Positions 38,535-48,812 of a stretch of DNA of 64,000 nucleotides are shown one piece after another (position 1 is the first letter of the stretch; the number at the start of each line of letters is the position of its first letter). Below the pieces are notes generated by a model, which ran no database searches, had not been told where the DNA came from, and saw nothing but the letters and a program-made list of their open reading frames with translations. Location: NCBI RefSeq assembly GCF_988243305.1, contig NZ_OZ547136.1, one strand, 5' to 3'. The translations under genes were made by a program, and so were the position numbers.

Positions 38535-39938
38535 TCAGGAAGGAAATGCGAGTGATTTCACCGTCACCGGCACAACCGATCCGCCAAAAAGAGGCGTACC
38601 AATGTCGATATAGTCCCCCGCGCGGACAATCACTTCGTCAATGACTGCCAACGGGAGTTGTTGTAGCTGTGGGCGCAACAACATGCCCAGAGCTTTACCA
38701 AAGTCCTGCCCGGCCACCACCAGCAGGGGATGCGGATTCGGAAAACGCGCGACGAAATCGACCAGCGCGTTGATGACCGTCAGTACCGCGGCGTAACGCA
38801 CAGGCAGCGAGGCGGGAAGCGCCAGCACGTACGCGTCAGAATTGGGATCAAGATCCAGCTGAATCAGCGCCTGTTGCCAGGCACTCACCAGATCCGTTTC
38901 ATCAATTGGGATCGCCACCGGCAAATTGCGCAGCGGCAGTTGTACGCCCTCCAGCCAGATTGTGCTGCCAGAGAGCGAAAGGGTATGTGCACCCGCGCCA
39001 ATCACCGTGGCGCGTACGGTTTGCGCCGGAAACTGCACGTTCATCTCACGCAGGCGCGGATGGTCATGCAGCGCCGTTGCCAGAAGCGGGCCAATATCGG
39101 CAAAACAGAACGGGTCGGCGGGCTGGTGGCGATAACATTCGCCCACGCCGCCAGAAAGCGTAATGATTTCGGGCGTAACACCTGCGGGCAGCAAACCGGT
39201 TTGCATCAATGCCTGCGCGAGCGGCGAGAGCGTTCCGTCAATCACTTCGACAATCAGCTCTGCCATCCGCCGGGTAACCTGCACCAGCTGCGCGCCGGTC
39301 AGCGAACGGGCGTCGGTGCCTGCGCCGAAGCACTCATCCACAATCATCTGCCCCGGTTTATGAGCGTAAACCACGCGCCCCTGGCTGTCGGTTTCCAGCA
39401 GGCGACCACCGACGTTGAGGCAGGCAGTGCCGCTGATTTTTCCGGCATCGAACAGGGCGTAGTTCGCGGTGCCACCGCCGATGTCGATATTCAGTACCCG
39501 ACACAGCCGTTGTTCAGAAAGGGTTTGCGCCCCGGCACCGTGACCGGCGATCACGGATTCGAGATGCGGCCCGGCGCTGGCGACGACAAAATCGCCCAGC
39601 GACTGGGAGAGCGTCATCACCGCCGGGCGAGCGTTGCGGGTTTTCGCGCTTTCACCGGTGATGATGATGGCACCAGAATCAACGCTTTCCGGCGCAATGC
39701 CCGCAGCCTGATATTGCTCGAGGATTAAGGTTTTCAGTTCCGCTTCTTTTAAACCACCCTGTTTATCGACAGGGGTAAAGAACACCGGGCTTTGCCAGCT
39801 AATTTCGCGTTTGATGAATTCGTAGCGCGGCACCTGCGACACCGCCGCACGGTTAACCAGCTCCAGGTGGGAGAAGATCACTTGGGTGGTGGTGGTGCCG
39901 ATATCGATACCGACGCTCAGTAGCTGGCGAGTGTTCAC
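38535..39938 (-). CDS. eutA: Ethanolamine ammonia-lyase reactivase
   Basis: 467 aa; 11-bp spacer to eutB. Confidence 0.95.
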   Translation of the reverse strand: MNTRQLLSVGIDIGTTTTQVIFSHLELVNRAAVSQVPRYEFIKREISWQSPVFFTPVDKQGGLKEAELKTLILEQYQAAGIAPESVDSGAIIITGESAKTRNARPAVMTLSQSLGDFVVASAGPHLESVIAGHGAGAQTLSEQRLCRVLNIDIGGGTANYALFDAGKISGTACLNVGGRLLETDSQGRVVYAHKPGQMIVDECFGAGTDARSLTGAQLVQVTRRMAELIVEVIDGTLSPLAQALMQTGLLPAGVTPEIITLSGGVGECYRHQPADPFCFADIGPLLATALHDHPRLREMNVQFPAQTVRATVIGAGAHTLSLSGSTIWLEGVQLPLRNLPVAIPIDETDLVSAWQQALIQLDLDPNSDAYVLALPASLPVRYAAVLTVINALVDFVARFPNPHPLLVVAGQDFGKALGMLLRPQLQQLPLAVIDEVIVRAGDYIDIGTPLFGGSVVPVTVKSLAFPS

Positions 39939-41161
39939 GATTGTGCCTCCGCTTCGGTTTTGGCCGCGGTCGCGTCTTCTTTTGGCACCAGCATCATCGC
40001 CACGCCAATCGCCGTTACGCCGCCGATCAACTTGCCGACAATCATCGGGAAAATCATGGCGTTCATGTTGGCAGCGGCGAAGCCTAAGTGGTCACCCAGG
40101 GCGAAAGCAGCGGAAACGGCGAAGGCGCAGTTGATGACTTTGCCGCGGGTATCCATCTGCTTCATCATGCCAAACATTGGGATGTTGTTGGCAAGCGTTG
40201 CCACCATGCCAGCTGCCGCGATATTGTTCATATTCAGCACTTTACCGACGCTCATCAGCGGTTTTTCAAACCAGCGGGTCAGCAGCAATACCATCGGGTA
40301 CGCCCCTAACAGAACACAGGAGATAGAACCGATAACTTCAATGGCGCGCATCACTTCACCGGGTTTATCGCCAGGGGCCATAAAGATAGGATCCAGACCG
40401 GGGATCAGTTCCCAGCCAAGGAGGAATTTCACTACCGCGGCAGCAAGACCGAGGGTGATCAATGCAACGAGGAATTTGGCGAAGATCTGGAAGCCGTTGA
40501 TCATTTTTTCCGGGATGAATTTCAGCCCCAGCGCCACCAGCACCGCAACGATAAGTACCGGGATCATGTTCATCAGGATCAGCGCAAAGGTGAATTCCAC
40601 CGGCTGACCGTTGATCTGCACACCGGAGTACATAGCAACCAGACCACCAGCAATACAGCCAATCGGAATGGTCACAATGCCCGCCAGCACGCCGAGCGCC
40701 AGATAACGACGGTCAGAAGGTTCGATAATGCCGAGCGCCACCGGAATGGAAAACACAATCGTTGGCCCCATCATCGACCCGAGAATTAACCCAGAGTATA
40801 GCCACGCTGCTACGTCGCCGCCCGCCAGCTCTTTGGCGAGGAAGAAGCCGCCCATATCGCACGCCAGCAGTGTTCCGGCGAACATCGATGGGTTAGCGCC
40901 GAGCATTTCGTAAACCGGGATAATCACCGGTCCGAGTACGTGGGCCAGAACAGGTGCCAGCGCGGTCATACCAACCATCGCCAGGCCCAGTGCGCCCATT
41001 GCCATAAAGCCTTCTTCGAACTGCCCGCCGGATCCTTCGATACTTTTACCGAACTTACCGAGGAAACGAGCAGAACCGCCGAACTGCGACAGGATCCTGT
41101 CTACGGCAGCTATCAGCATAAAGAACATCATGATGTACATGATGATTTCGTTAATTCCCAT
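39935..41161 (-). CDS. eutH: Ethanolamine permease
   Basis: 408-aa polytopic membrane ORF. Confidence 0.95.
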   Translation of the reverse strand: MGINEIIMYIMMFFMLIAAVDRILSQFGGSARFLGKFGKSIEGSGGQFEEGFMAMGALGLAMVGMTALAPVLAHVLGPVIIPVYEMLGANPSMFAGTLLACDMGGFFLAKELAGGDVAAWLYSGLILGSMMGPTIVFSIPVALGIIEPSDRRYLALGVLAGIVTIPIGCIAGGLVAMYSGVQINGQPVEFTFALILMNMIPVLIVAVLVALGLKFIPEKMINGFQIFAKFLVALITLGLAAAVVKFLLGWELIPGLDPIFMAPGDKPGEVMRAIEVIGSISCVLLGAYPMVLLLTRWFEKPLMSVGKVLNMNNIAAAGMVATLANNIPMFGMMKQMDTRGKVINCAFAVSAAFALGDHLGFAAANMNAMIFPMIVGKLIGGVTAIGVAMMLVPKEDATAAKTEAEAQS

Positions 41162-41277
41162 CGCCTTTACTCCCTGTTAGTTGTTATTTATTGCCAATGC
41201 TGAAAGTGGGTTTTTCCCTCACTCTGGAAGCCGAGGGGCCGGGGTGAGGGTAATTGTTTGCACCGGCGCGACTCTGT

Positions 41278-41328
41278 TCCCCTCACCCTAACCCTCTCCC
41301 CAAAGGGGCGAGGGGACTGTCCGTACAC
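41278..41328. repeat. GC-rich dispersed intergenic repeat, copy 1 (between eutG and eutH)
   Basis: tcccctcaccctaaccctctccccaaaggggcgaggggactgtccgtac; near-identical copy at 54671-54720; partial inverted copies (gggtgaggg / ccctcactc) at about 41215-41255. Confidence 0.8.
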
Positions 41329-41330
41329 TT

Positions 41331-42518
41331 TTATTGCGCCGCTGCGTACAGGCCGACAATCTGCTCCAGGCTGGCGGTACGCGGGTTGCTGCGCAGACAA
41401 ATATCTTCCAGCGCGGCCTGCGCCCATGCACCGTAATGCGCAGATGTCGCACCAATATCGCCCAGTCGTTTACCAATCCCGACTTCCGCAATCAGCTCAC
41501 TTACCGCGTTAATAGCGTCACGATCGTCGGATTTTTTAGTTCGCAGCGCCCGACCAATCTGACTAAAGCGTTCACGACAAACCATCCGGTTAAATTCCAT
41601 CACCGTTGGCAGCAACATGGCGTTCGCCAGACCGTGCGGAATATGCAGCGCCGCCCCTGGCTGATGCGCCATCGCGTGGCACAACCCAAGCCCCGCACTG
41701 GAAAACGCCATTCCCGCCATACATGAAGCCAGCAACATGCTCTCGCGGGCGGCAAGGTCGTGACCGTAGCCCACCGCTTTCGGCAGTGATTTACCAATCA
41801 TCGCGATTGCGCCAATCGCCAGGCTGTCGGTAAACGGTGTAGCGTTCAGCGCGCTGTACGCTTCAATAGCATGGGTTAACGCATCAATGCCGGTCATCGC
41901 CGTGACATGCGACGGCACGCCTTCGGTCAGCGCAGCGTCGAGAATCGCCACATCCGGCATCAGCGAGGCGTGGGCTAACACCTGCTTGCGCCCGCTCACA
42001 GCGTCGATAATCACCGTTACGTTGGTGGTTTCAGAGCCGGTTCCGGCGGTCGTTGGAATGGCAACCAACGGCAGGCGCGGTTGCAGAATGCTGGTTTCTG
42101 ACATTTCTGCCAGCGTGCTATCGGGATTCGTCACCAGCAACGCCACGGCTTTTGCTGCATCCAGCACCGAGCCGCCGCCAAACGCAATCACCCCGTCACA
42201 GCCTGATTCACGCAACTGCGCCACGGCTGCACACACGTCGGTGATGCACGGTTCGCCCACCGGACATGGCCAGAGCGTCATGGCGATACCTTTAACGGCC
42301 AGGCTACGCGTCAGCCCGGCGGTCATCCCCGCCTGATGCAAAAAGCTGTCTGCCATCACGAACAGATGTTTCAGCCCACGCGTTTGCGCTTGCTGCCCGC
42401 AACTGCTCACCGCGCCCGGACCGCAAAGCGTCACCGGTGGAACGCTAAATGTTTTTACCCGTTGCAGATTCAGGGTATCGAACGCCTGAAAGAGCGCGGC
42501 CTGCAATTCATTTTGCAT
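41331..42518 (-). CDS. eutG: Iron-containing alcohol dehydrogenase
   Basis: 395 aa, Fe-ADH family. Confidence 0.95.
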   Translation of the reverse strand: MQNELQAALFQAFDTLNLQRVKTFSVPPVTLCGPGAVSSCGQQAQTRGLKHLFVMADSFLHQAGMTAGLTRSLAVKGIAMTLWPCPVGEPCITDVCAAVAQLRESGCDGVIAFGGGSVLDAAKAVALLVTNPDSTLAEMSETSILQPRLPLVAIPTTAGTGSETTNVTVIIDAVSGRKQVLAHASLMPDVAILDAALTEGVPSHVTAMTGIDALTHAIEAYSALNATPFTDSLAIGAIAMIGKSLPKAVGYGHDLAARESMLLASCMAGMAFSSAGLGLCHAMAHQPGAALHIPHGLANAMLLPTVMEFNRMVCRERFSQIGRALRTKKSDDRDAINAVSELIAEVGIGKRLGDIGATSAHYGAWAQAALEDICLRSNPRTASLEQIVGLYAAAQ

Positions 42519-43344
42519 AGATCCCCTCCGCTTTCTCTCGCCCGCTACTGGCGATCGCCAGCGGGGTCATAAACAAACTGTGTTGCGGTAGATGCACCTG
42601 TAACGCCGGGAATTGTTTGCAAAACAGTTCCGCCACGCCCGGTTGCATACAGGAGCCGCCCGCCAGCCATAAATCAGTAATGCCCTGCCCTTCAATATGC
42701 CGGGCGACAATGTCCGCCATTTTTTCGTACACCGGTTTCACCGCAGGCCAAATCTCGTCACCGTGACCGCGTTTGTACTGCTCTGCCTCTTCCAGCGAAA
42801 TACGGCGATTTCCGGCGAGAGTCAGAGAGATGTGATGTCCGCCGGTGGCTTCATCCGCCGAGTACGTCACTTTGCCCTTTTTCACGATGGCAATGCCGGT
42901 AGTGCCGCCGCCGATATCCACTACACCGGCGTTGTCCAGTTGCAGCAGATCCGCAACTGCGGTTGGCTCATCCAGCACATGGCTCACTTCCAGTCCGGCA
43001 GACTCCAGCACGTTGATGGAAATACGCGGGTCCGTACCAGGAGGAAATGAGGTCGCCGCATGGCTAAAACGGCGACCGAATTGCTGCTCAAGAGTGTCGA
43101 GATGGCGACGAACAATGGTGACCGCACCGAAGAAATCCCAGACGATGCCGTCGCGGACCACATCAGCCCAGTCGAGGCATACCGCCACCGGCTGACCGTC
43201 GCGGTCGACAACCATCGACACCACATCGCAGGTGCCCAGATCCACCCCCAGCCACAGCGGAGATTCCGTCGCGGCAGGCGTCTGGTTACACAGCGTTGCT
43301 GCTATGTGCAGACGTGGGGTGAGCCATTGTTCGTCGTGCGCCAT
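42508..43344 (-). CDS. eutJ: Hsp70/actin-fold chaperone-like protein EutJ
   Basis: 278 aa with DLGTCD / DIGGGTTG ATPase motifs. Confidence 0.95.
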   Translation of the reverse strand: MAHDEQWLTPRLHIAATLCNQTPAATESPLWLGVDLGTCDVVSMVVDRDGQPVAVCLDWADVVRDGIVWDFFGAVTIVRRHLDTLEQQFGRRFSHAATSFPPGTDPRISINVLESAGLEVSHVLDEPTAVADLLQLDNAGVVDIGGGTTGIAIVKKGKVTYSADEATGGHHISLTLAGNRRISLEEAEQYKRGHGDEIWPAVKPVYEKMADIVARHIEGQGITDLWLAGGSCMQPGVAELFCKQFPALQVHLPQHSLFMTPLAIASSGREKAEGIYAK

Positions 43345-43354
43345 CTGTTACTCC

Positions 43355-44758
43355 TTAAACAATGCGAAACGCATCGACTAATACACAGCGACGCAGACGG
43401 ACAAACGTCCGCGCGCTGGTTACCCCTTCACCGGTTGGCGTGGTGATGGTCATGGTGGTCCAGCCTTCCCCGCCCAGCCCCAGCCCGGCAATGCACGGTC
43501 CGTTCTTAACGAAAATGCTGGTATCAATGGCATTCGCCATCTGGTTCATGTTCTCGATATTGCGCGAGTGCATTGCCGCCGTGTGGTGGCAACCGCCTTC
43601 CAGTTTCACCGCCAGCGCAATGGCATCCGCCACGTTGGCAACGCGCACGACGGGCAGCACCGGCATCATCAGTTCAGTCACAGCAAACGGATGTTCTGCG
43701 GTGGTTTCTACAAACAGCAGTCGCGTTTGTTCCGGAACTTTAAGGCCGATTGCCGCCGCGATTTTCGCCGCATCACGACCAACCCAGTCACGGCTGACGG
43801 TGCCTTTTCCGCGCTCGTCGATATTTTTCAGCAACACCGGTTGCAGCTGCTGCGCCTGCTCTGCGGTCAGTTTCACCGCGTGCTGGCCTTCCATCAGACG
43901 CATCAGTTCATCGGCTACGCTATCCACAACAATCAGTACCTTTTCGTCGGCACAAATGATGTTGTTATCGAAAGACGCGCCTTTGACGATGGACTGAGCA
44001 GCACGGGCGAGGTCAGCGGTTTCATCCACCACTACCGGCGGGTTGCCAGCGCCTGCGGCAATCAGACGTTTATTGGTGTGTTTACGCGCCGCTTCTACTA
44101 CCGCTTCGCCGCCGGTCACCACCAGCAGGCCGATGCCCGGAAACTTGAACAAACGTTGTGCGGTTTCGATATCCGGATTGGCCACAGTAACCAGTAAGTT
44201 TTCCGGCCCGCCTGCGGCAACAATCGCCTGGTTGAGCAGCGTGATCGCCCGCTGGGAGACTTTTTTCGCCGCCGGATGCGGGGCAAAAATGACGCTGTTG
44301 CCCGCGGCAATCAGGCTGATGGCGTTGTTAATTACGGTTGCCGCCGGGTTGGTGGACGGAGTTACCGAAGCCACCACGCCCCAGGGCGCGTTTTCAATTA
44401 AAGTCAGGCCGTTGTCGCCCGTCAGCACTTGCGGAGAGAGACACTCAACGCCTGGCGTGCCGCGTGCCTGAGCGACGTTTTTGGCAAATTTATCTTCGAC
44501 GCGCCCCATGCCGGTTTCACTGACGGCAAGTTCCGCTAAATCTCTGGCGTGTTTTTCGCCTGCTTCACGAATGGCAGCAATGGCTAACTGGCGCATTGCC
44601 ACGCTCTTTAACCCTTGCTGGGCAATTTTGGCTGCCGCAACGGCGTCATCCAGGGACGCGAAAACGCCCATCTCATGAACGGCGGCGGGCGGCGTATCAC
44701 TGCTTTGCATTTTCAGCAGTACCGCTTTCACCACCTGTTCAATATCCTGTTGATTCAT
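43355..44758 (-). CDS. eutE: CoA-acylating acetaldehyde dehydrogenase
   Basis: 467 aa aldehyde dehydrogenase family. Confidence 0.95.
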   Translation of the reverse strand: MNQQDIEQVVKAVLLKMQSSDTPPAAVHEMGVFASLDDAVAAAKIAQQGLKSVAMRQLAIAAIREAGEKHARDLAELAVSETGMGRVEDKFAKNVAQARGTPGVECLSPQVLTGDNGLTLIENAPWGVVASVTPSTNPAATVINNAISLIAAGNSVIFAPHPAAKKVSQRAITLLNQAIVAAGGPENLLVTVANPDIETAQRLFKFPGIGLLVVTGGEAVVEAARKHTNKRLIAAGAGNPPVVVDETADLARAAQSIVKGASFDNNIICADEKVLIVVDSVADELMRLMEGQHAVKLTAEQAQQLQPVLLKNIDERGKGTVSRDWVGRDAAKIAAAIGLKVPEQTRLLFVETTAEHPFAVTELMMPVLPVVRVANVADAIALAVKLEGGCHHTAAMHSRNIENMNQMANAIDTSIFVKNGPCIAGLGLGGEGWTTMTITTPTGEGVTSARTFVRLRRCVLVDAFRIV

Positions 44759-44769
44759 GATGTTCTGCC

Positions 44770-45057
44770 TTATTTGTGGAAAATTACCTGACCGCCAGAC
44801 ACCACCTCATCGACGATGCCAATCACGCACAGATCGACCGGTGACGTTTCGCTTTTATGCGCCTGTCGGGCGGAACTGCCACTCACCAGCAACACCCACT
44901 CCCCGGTTCCCGCGCCAATATTGTCGATGGCGACGGCGCATTGCCCGTCAGGATTACCTTGTGGATCAATCATTTCCACCATCAGCAATTTGTCATGCGC
45001 CAGTCCGTGATGGCGTACGGTACAAACAATTTGTCCAGTGACGACTGCCAGTTTCAT
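44770..45057 (-). CDS. eutN: Microcompartment vertex protein (BMC-P)
   Basis: 95 aa MKLAVVTGQIVCTVRHHGLAHDKLLMVEM... Confidence 0.95.
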   Translation of the reverse strand: MKLAVVTGQIVCTVRHHGLAHDKLLMVEMIDPQGNPDGQCAVAIDNIGAGTGEWVLLVSGSSARQAHKSETSPVDLCVIGIVDEVVSGGQVIFHK

Positions 45058-45110
45058 ACCCGCCTCCGTGGCGTATTTCAGGTAAAAGCTCCCCCTACCC
45101 TCCGCGGAAG

Positions 45111-45156
45111 GAAAACTGAAAAAGGAGAGAGCGTGACGCCCGAATCGACGTCACAC
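45111..45156 (-). promoter_or_regulatory. Hairpin plus U-rich tract just after eutM (candidate partial terminator or mRNA-stabilising structure)
   Basis: On the minus-strand mRNA: GUGUGACG-ucgauucggg-CGUCACGC followed by UCUCUCCUUUUUCAGUUUUCC, starting 7 nt after the eutM stop. Confidence 0.3.
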
Positions 45157-45163
45157 AGGGTGA

Positions 45164-45457
45164 TTACAGGTTGCTGCTATCGCCTTTCAGGCCGATCGGG
45201 AAGACTTCTTCCAGGTCGCCGTGCGGACGCGGGATAACGTGAACAGATACCAGCTCGCCGATACGCTGTGCCGCTGCGGCACCGGCATCGGTCGCGGCTT
45301 TACAGGCTGCAACATCACCACGAACCATGGCAGTACACAGGCCGCCGCCAATCTGCTTAACACCAACCAGCTTGACGCGCGCAGCTTTCACCATCGCGTC
45401 AGAAGCCTCAATCAGTGCAACCAGGCCCCGGGTTTCGATCATTCCTAATGCTTCCAT
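45164..45457 (-). CDS. eutM: Major microcompartment shell protein (BMC-H)
   Basis: 97 aa [40 protein letters not shown]... Confidence 0.96.
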   Translation of the reverse strand: MEALGMIETRGLVALIEASDAMVKAARVKLVGVKQIGGGLCTAMVRGDVAACKAATDAGAAAAQRIGELVSVHVIPRPHGDLEEVFPIGLKGDSSNL

Positions 45458-45495
45458 TGTGCTTTCCTCTTTATCAGGGTCCAGAACGGGACCGT

Positions 45496-46512
45496 TCATT
45501 CAACCAGTGTTTGTAAACTGCTTTCGCGGTTCACTTCTGTCTGACGCGGCACAGCTGCCACCAGCGCCAGCTCGATAATTTCCTGCACGCTACAACCACG
45601 AGAGAGATCGTGCATCGGCGCGGCAAGTCCTTGTATCAATGGCCCGACGGCACGATATCCGCCGAGTCGTTGTGCGATTTTGTAGCCAATATTTCCGGCT
45701 TCCAGCGACGGAAAAACCATCACATTGGCCTTGCCTTGTAGCGGGCTGGCAGGCGCTTTTTGCGCCGCCACTTCCGGCACGAAGGCGGCGTCAAACTGCA
45801 ACTCGCCATCGACTACCAACTGCGGCGCGCGCTCACGGACGATTTCTGTCGCCTGCTGGACGTTGGCAACGCAGGGGTGACGGGCGCTGCCGTTACTGGA
45901 AAACGACAACATCGCCACGCGCGGTTCTTCTCCGGTGATGGCCTGCCAGGTTTCGGCGCTGGCAAGCGCGATATCCGCCAACTGCGCCGCCGTCGGCTGT
46001 GGCACCACGCTGCAATCGGCAAAACCCAACGCCGGACCGCTGTACTGTGGCAGCATCAGGAAAATGGATGAGAGCGTTTTACAGCCTGGCTGCAAGCCGA
46101 TAATGCGTAATCCGGCACGCAGCACATTCGCCGTGGAAGAGAGGTTGCCCGCGATACAGACATCCGCTTTACCGGCGCTGACCATTGCTGCGGCGAACAT
46201 CAGCGGGTCGGTAAGTTTTTCCTGCGCATCCGGCGGCGTTTTTTCGCCCGCGCGGGCCAGCCAGCGATGAGCAAATTCTTCCCGCATTGCGAGGTTGCCA
46301 TGCGGATCAATCACCTGTAGCCCGTCCATCGCTACGCCATGACTGAGCGCAAACTGACGAAGTTCAAACGGATTAGCGACCAGAATGGGCGTTGCCAGAC
46401 CTTGTTGATGTAAATATTGCGCCGCTTTCAGCACACGCTGATCTAACGCATCCGGAAAAACCACTCTGGCGGGCGCTCGCAACGCCAGTTCACGACAACG
46501 TTCAATAATCAT
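45496..46512 (-). CDS. eutD: Phosphotransacetylase
   Basis: 338 aa PTA family. Confidence 0.95.
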   Translation of the reverse strand: MIIERCRELALRAPARVVFPDALDQRVLKAAQYLHQQGLATPILVANPFELRQFALSHGVAMDGLQVIDPHGNLAMREEFAHRWLARAGEKTPPDAQEKLTDPLMFAAAMVSAGKADVCIAGNLSSTANVLRAGLRIIGLQPGCKTLSSIFLMLPQYSGPALGFADCSVVPQPTAAQLADIALASAETWQAITGEEPRVAMLSFSSNGSARHPCVANVQQATEIVRERAPQLVVDGELQFDAAFVPEVAAQKAPASPLQGKANVMVFPSLEAGNIGYKIAQRLGGYRAVGPLIQGLAAPMHDLSRGCSVQEIIELALVAAVPRQTEVNRESSLQTLVE

Positions 46513-47312
46513 TGCGTTTCCCCCAGTCGTTGTTGGATCTGCTTCACCGTTAGCGGCGGCTTCGTTACGCTCAGGATCATCATCACGTAGACCGTGCTGG
46601 AAAGGCGGTTCAGCGCCTGCAAGATGTCCGGGCGTAATACTTCAAAGCTGCGGGTGATAAAGACCTGCGCCGCTACGGTTTCGGTTTCCCGCACTTTGGT
46701 GCGTAGCAGATTGAGCAACGCCGCATCGCGCCCGTGGCTGGCTTCCGGCACCAGATGATCGTGGTCGAGATAGCGCAGCGGCTGATGAGAAAGCCGATGC
46801 AGATCTTCGTCAGAAAGCCCGACAATCGCTTGATCGCCCAGCGGTTCCCCCAGCGCATCGGCACGCATAATGTTGCCAAGACGCGAACGGATATCCGCCA
46901 GCCACGGCTGCCACGGTTCCGCCAGTTCAATTTGCAGCCACACTGCCAGCGCAATGGTGCTGTCGAGAACCGCGCGAAAACCCAGACGCGGATCGCTTTT
47001 GGCGACCATTTTTTCAGCCGACAGATGAGTCAGCGTGTCCGGCTTTTTTGCCACCGGCTGGCGGCACAGTTCGCAGCACGCCTGCGGATGTTCATCGCTA
47101 CTGGTCAGCCCGTGAACGGGCTGTGGCTGCTGCTGCTCATCGTCAACAAACAGGCGGCCCTGCTCGTCAATAAACTTGATGCGCAGATGGCGGCTTTCCA
47201 GTAACTCCCGGGCAGAGGGCGTCAGGCGACTGTCCGCAGGGAGATGGATCTCTGCGCCTTCGCTGAGCGTATGGTTCGCTCTTAGCCATGCTTCGGTGAT
47301 GAAATCGTTCAT
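46509..47312 (-). CDS. eutT: Ethanolamine-utilisation cobalamin adenosyltransferase
   Basis: 267 aa, 4-nt overlap with eutD and eutQ. Confidence 0.93.
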   Translation of the reverse strand: MNDFITEAWLRANHTLSEGAEIHLPADSRLTPSARELLESRHLRIKFIDEQGRLFVDDEQQQPQPVHGLTSSDEHPQACCELCRQPVAKKPDTLTHLSAEKMVAKSDPRLGFRAVLDSTIALAVWLQIELAEPWQPWLADIRSRLGNIMRADALGEPLGDQAIVGLSDEDLHRLSHQPLRYLDHDHLVPEASHGRDAALLNLLRTKVRETETVAAQVFITRSFEVLRPDILQALNRLSSTVYVMMILSVTKPPLTVKQIQQRLGETQ

Positions 47313-48010
47313 AGGGATTGCCAGTTAGCCGGCCAGGCGACATACAGGAATTTCACGCTGGATGTCGTACCAAATTCGATGCTGGAGCCTTTCGGGATAA
47401 ACATCACGTCACCCGCTTTGGCGATCATGGTTTCGCCTTCGTGGCGAACATGCAGCTCCCCTTCCAGCACCATGTCGATTTCGTCGTAGTTCAGGGTCCA
47501 CGGGAAGAAGGCGTTGTCCCACTGCATAAAACCGGCGGCCATGCTGCTGCCGTCGTCTCCGGTCACAAGATCAGTCAAGCCCACGCAATGCGGCTCTGCG
47601 CCGTCGAAACGACCAAACTTGACGCTGCTGCCATCAATCACTTTGATGCCGCCTTTGCCGGTCACCGATTTGAAGCTCGGCTGCATTGCGCCCTGCTCCA
47701 GCGACTGTTTTTCCTTCATCACTTTTTCCATCAGCTGCGCGACCAGGCTTTCGGTAAACTGGCCTTCCGGTAGCTGGGCGATGATGGTTTCGCGGATGCG
47801 CTGGCTTTCGGTTTTATCGGCTGGCACGCTGGCGGGAACGGACGCCGTTACCGGGGTCGATTCATCACATTCGGTGATGGTAAAACCCAGTAGATCCGCC
47901 ACTTCACGGGCTTCCGGGGTAATAATGCTGGCGCGCAGAACCACGGACATTGCCTGTTCGCCGCGCGCGTGTGCTTCACGAATATCATTCGCTGTGATGA
48001 GTTTTTTCAC
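47309..48010 (-). CDS. eutQ: Cupin-fold EutQ protein
   Basis: 233 aa, operon position. Confidence 0.93.
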   Translation of the reverse strand: MKKLITANDIREAHARGEQAMSVVLRASIITPEAREVADLLGFTITECDESTPVTASVPASVPADKTESQRIRETIIAQLPEGQFTESLVAQLMEKVMKEKQSLEQGAMQPSFKSVTGKGGIKVIDGSSVKFGRFDGAEPHCVGLTDLVTGDDGSSMAAGFMQWDNAFFPWTLNYDEIDMVLEGELHVRHEGETMIAKAGDVMFIPKGSSIEFGTTSSVKFLYVAWPANWQSL

Positions 48011-48464
48011 CTGCTTCCTCCTGTTTGGTGAGAGATGCCAGATAATCCACCAGTTGCTGCACGCTTTGCGGGTCGTGGCTGTTTAGCTCGAAAATCGGCT
48101 CTTCGAAGCCCGTCTCAAGCAATAACTTTCGCGTTGCGGCGACGTCAGCATCTGGCATGTCCGTTTTACTGATGACGGCGATTTGCCGTTTGCTGACGCC
48201 AATATCCAGCAACCCGGCAGGCAACCGACTTTCCGGGTCATTCGCGCCGTGGACATAGATCAGCATGTCCACATCCTGTAGAGTGGTAATTAAGGCGTGA
48301 TACCAGCGGGGATGGCTAAAATATTCACCCGGCGTATCAATATCACCCTTATCATTAAATTCTACGGCCTGCGTTTTTCTGGCGAGGGTATAATTCCCCT
48401 GCAACGCATTAAATAACGTTGTTTTTCCTGCCCCGACGGTACCCACAAACGCAATTCGTTTCAT
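47985..48464 (-). CDS. eutP: P-loop NTPase EutP
   Basis: 159 aa with Walker A GTVGAGKTT. Confidence 0.93.
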   Translation of the reverse strand: MKRIAFVGTVGAGKTTLFNALQGNYTLARKTQAVEFNDKGDIDTPGEYFSHPRWYHALITTLQDVDMLIYVHGANDPESRLPAGLLDIGVSKRQIAVISKTDMPDADVAATRKLLLETGFEEPIFELNSHDPQSVQQLVDYLASLTKQEEAGEKTHHSE

Positions 48465-48476
48465 GAATGCCTCGTA

Positions 48477-48812
48477 TTAACTTTTGGTCATTTCACAAAG
48501 CGTATAATTTAATAAGCGACCTAAACCGCTGACGGTTTGTGATAATGCTTCTTCTACTGCGCCTACCGAGCCATAAATCACCAATGCACCGCTGAAGCGG
48601 TCGAGAAAACCGATATGCACATCAGCGGCTTTCAGCGCTAAATCACCGGCGATCATCGCCGTTTCGCCAGGAGTTAGCGTCATAATGCCGATTGCGCCCG
48701 CATCCGGAACGCCGATTTTCTTCGCCAGTTCCTCGCCGGGATGCGCGATGAGATGCGCCAGCGTGACCTGTTTGCCGGGCACAAATTCCTGAATGATGCG
48801 TTCTTTATCCAT
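48477..48812 (-). CDS. eutS: Microcompartment shell protein EutS (permuted BMC)
   Basis: 111 aa from [23 protein letters not shown]...; first gene of the operon. Confidence 0.93.
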
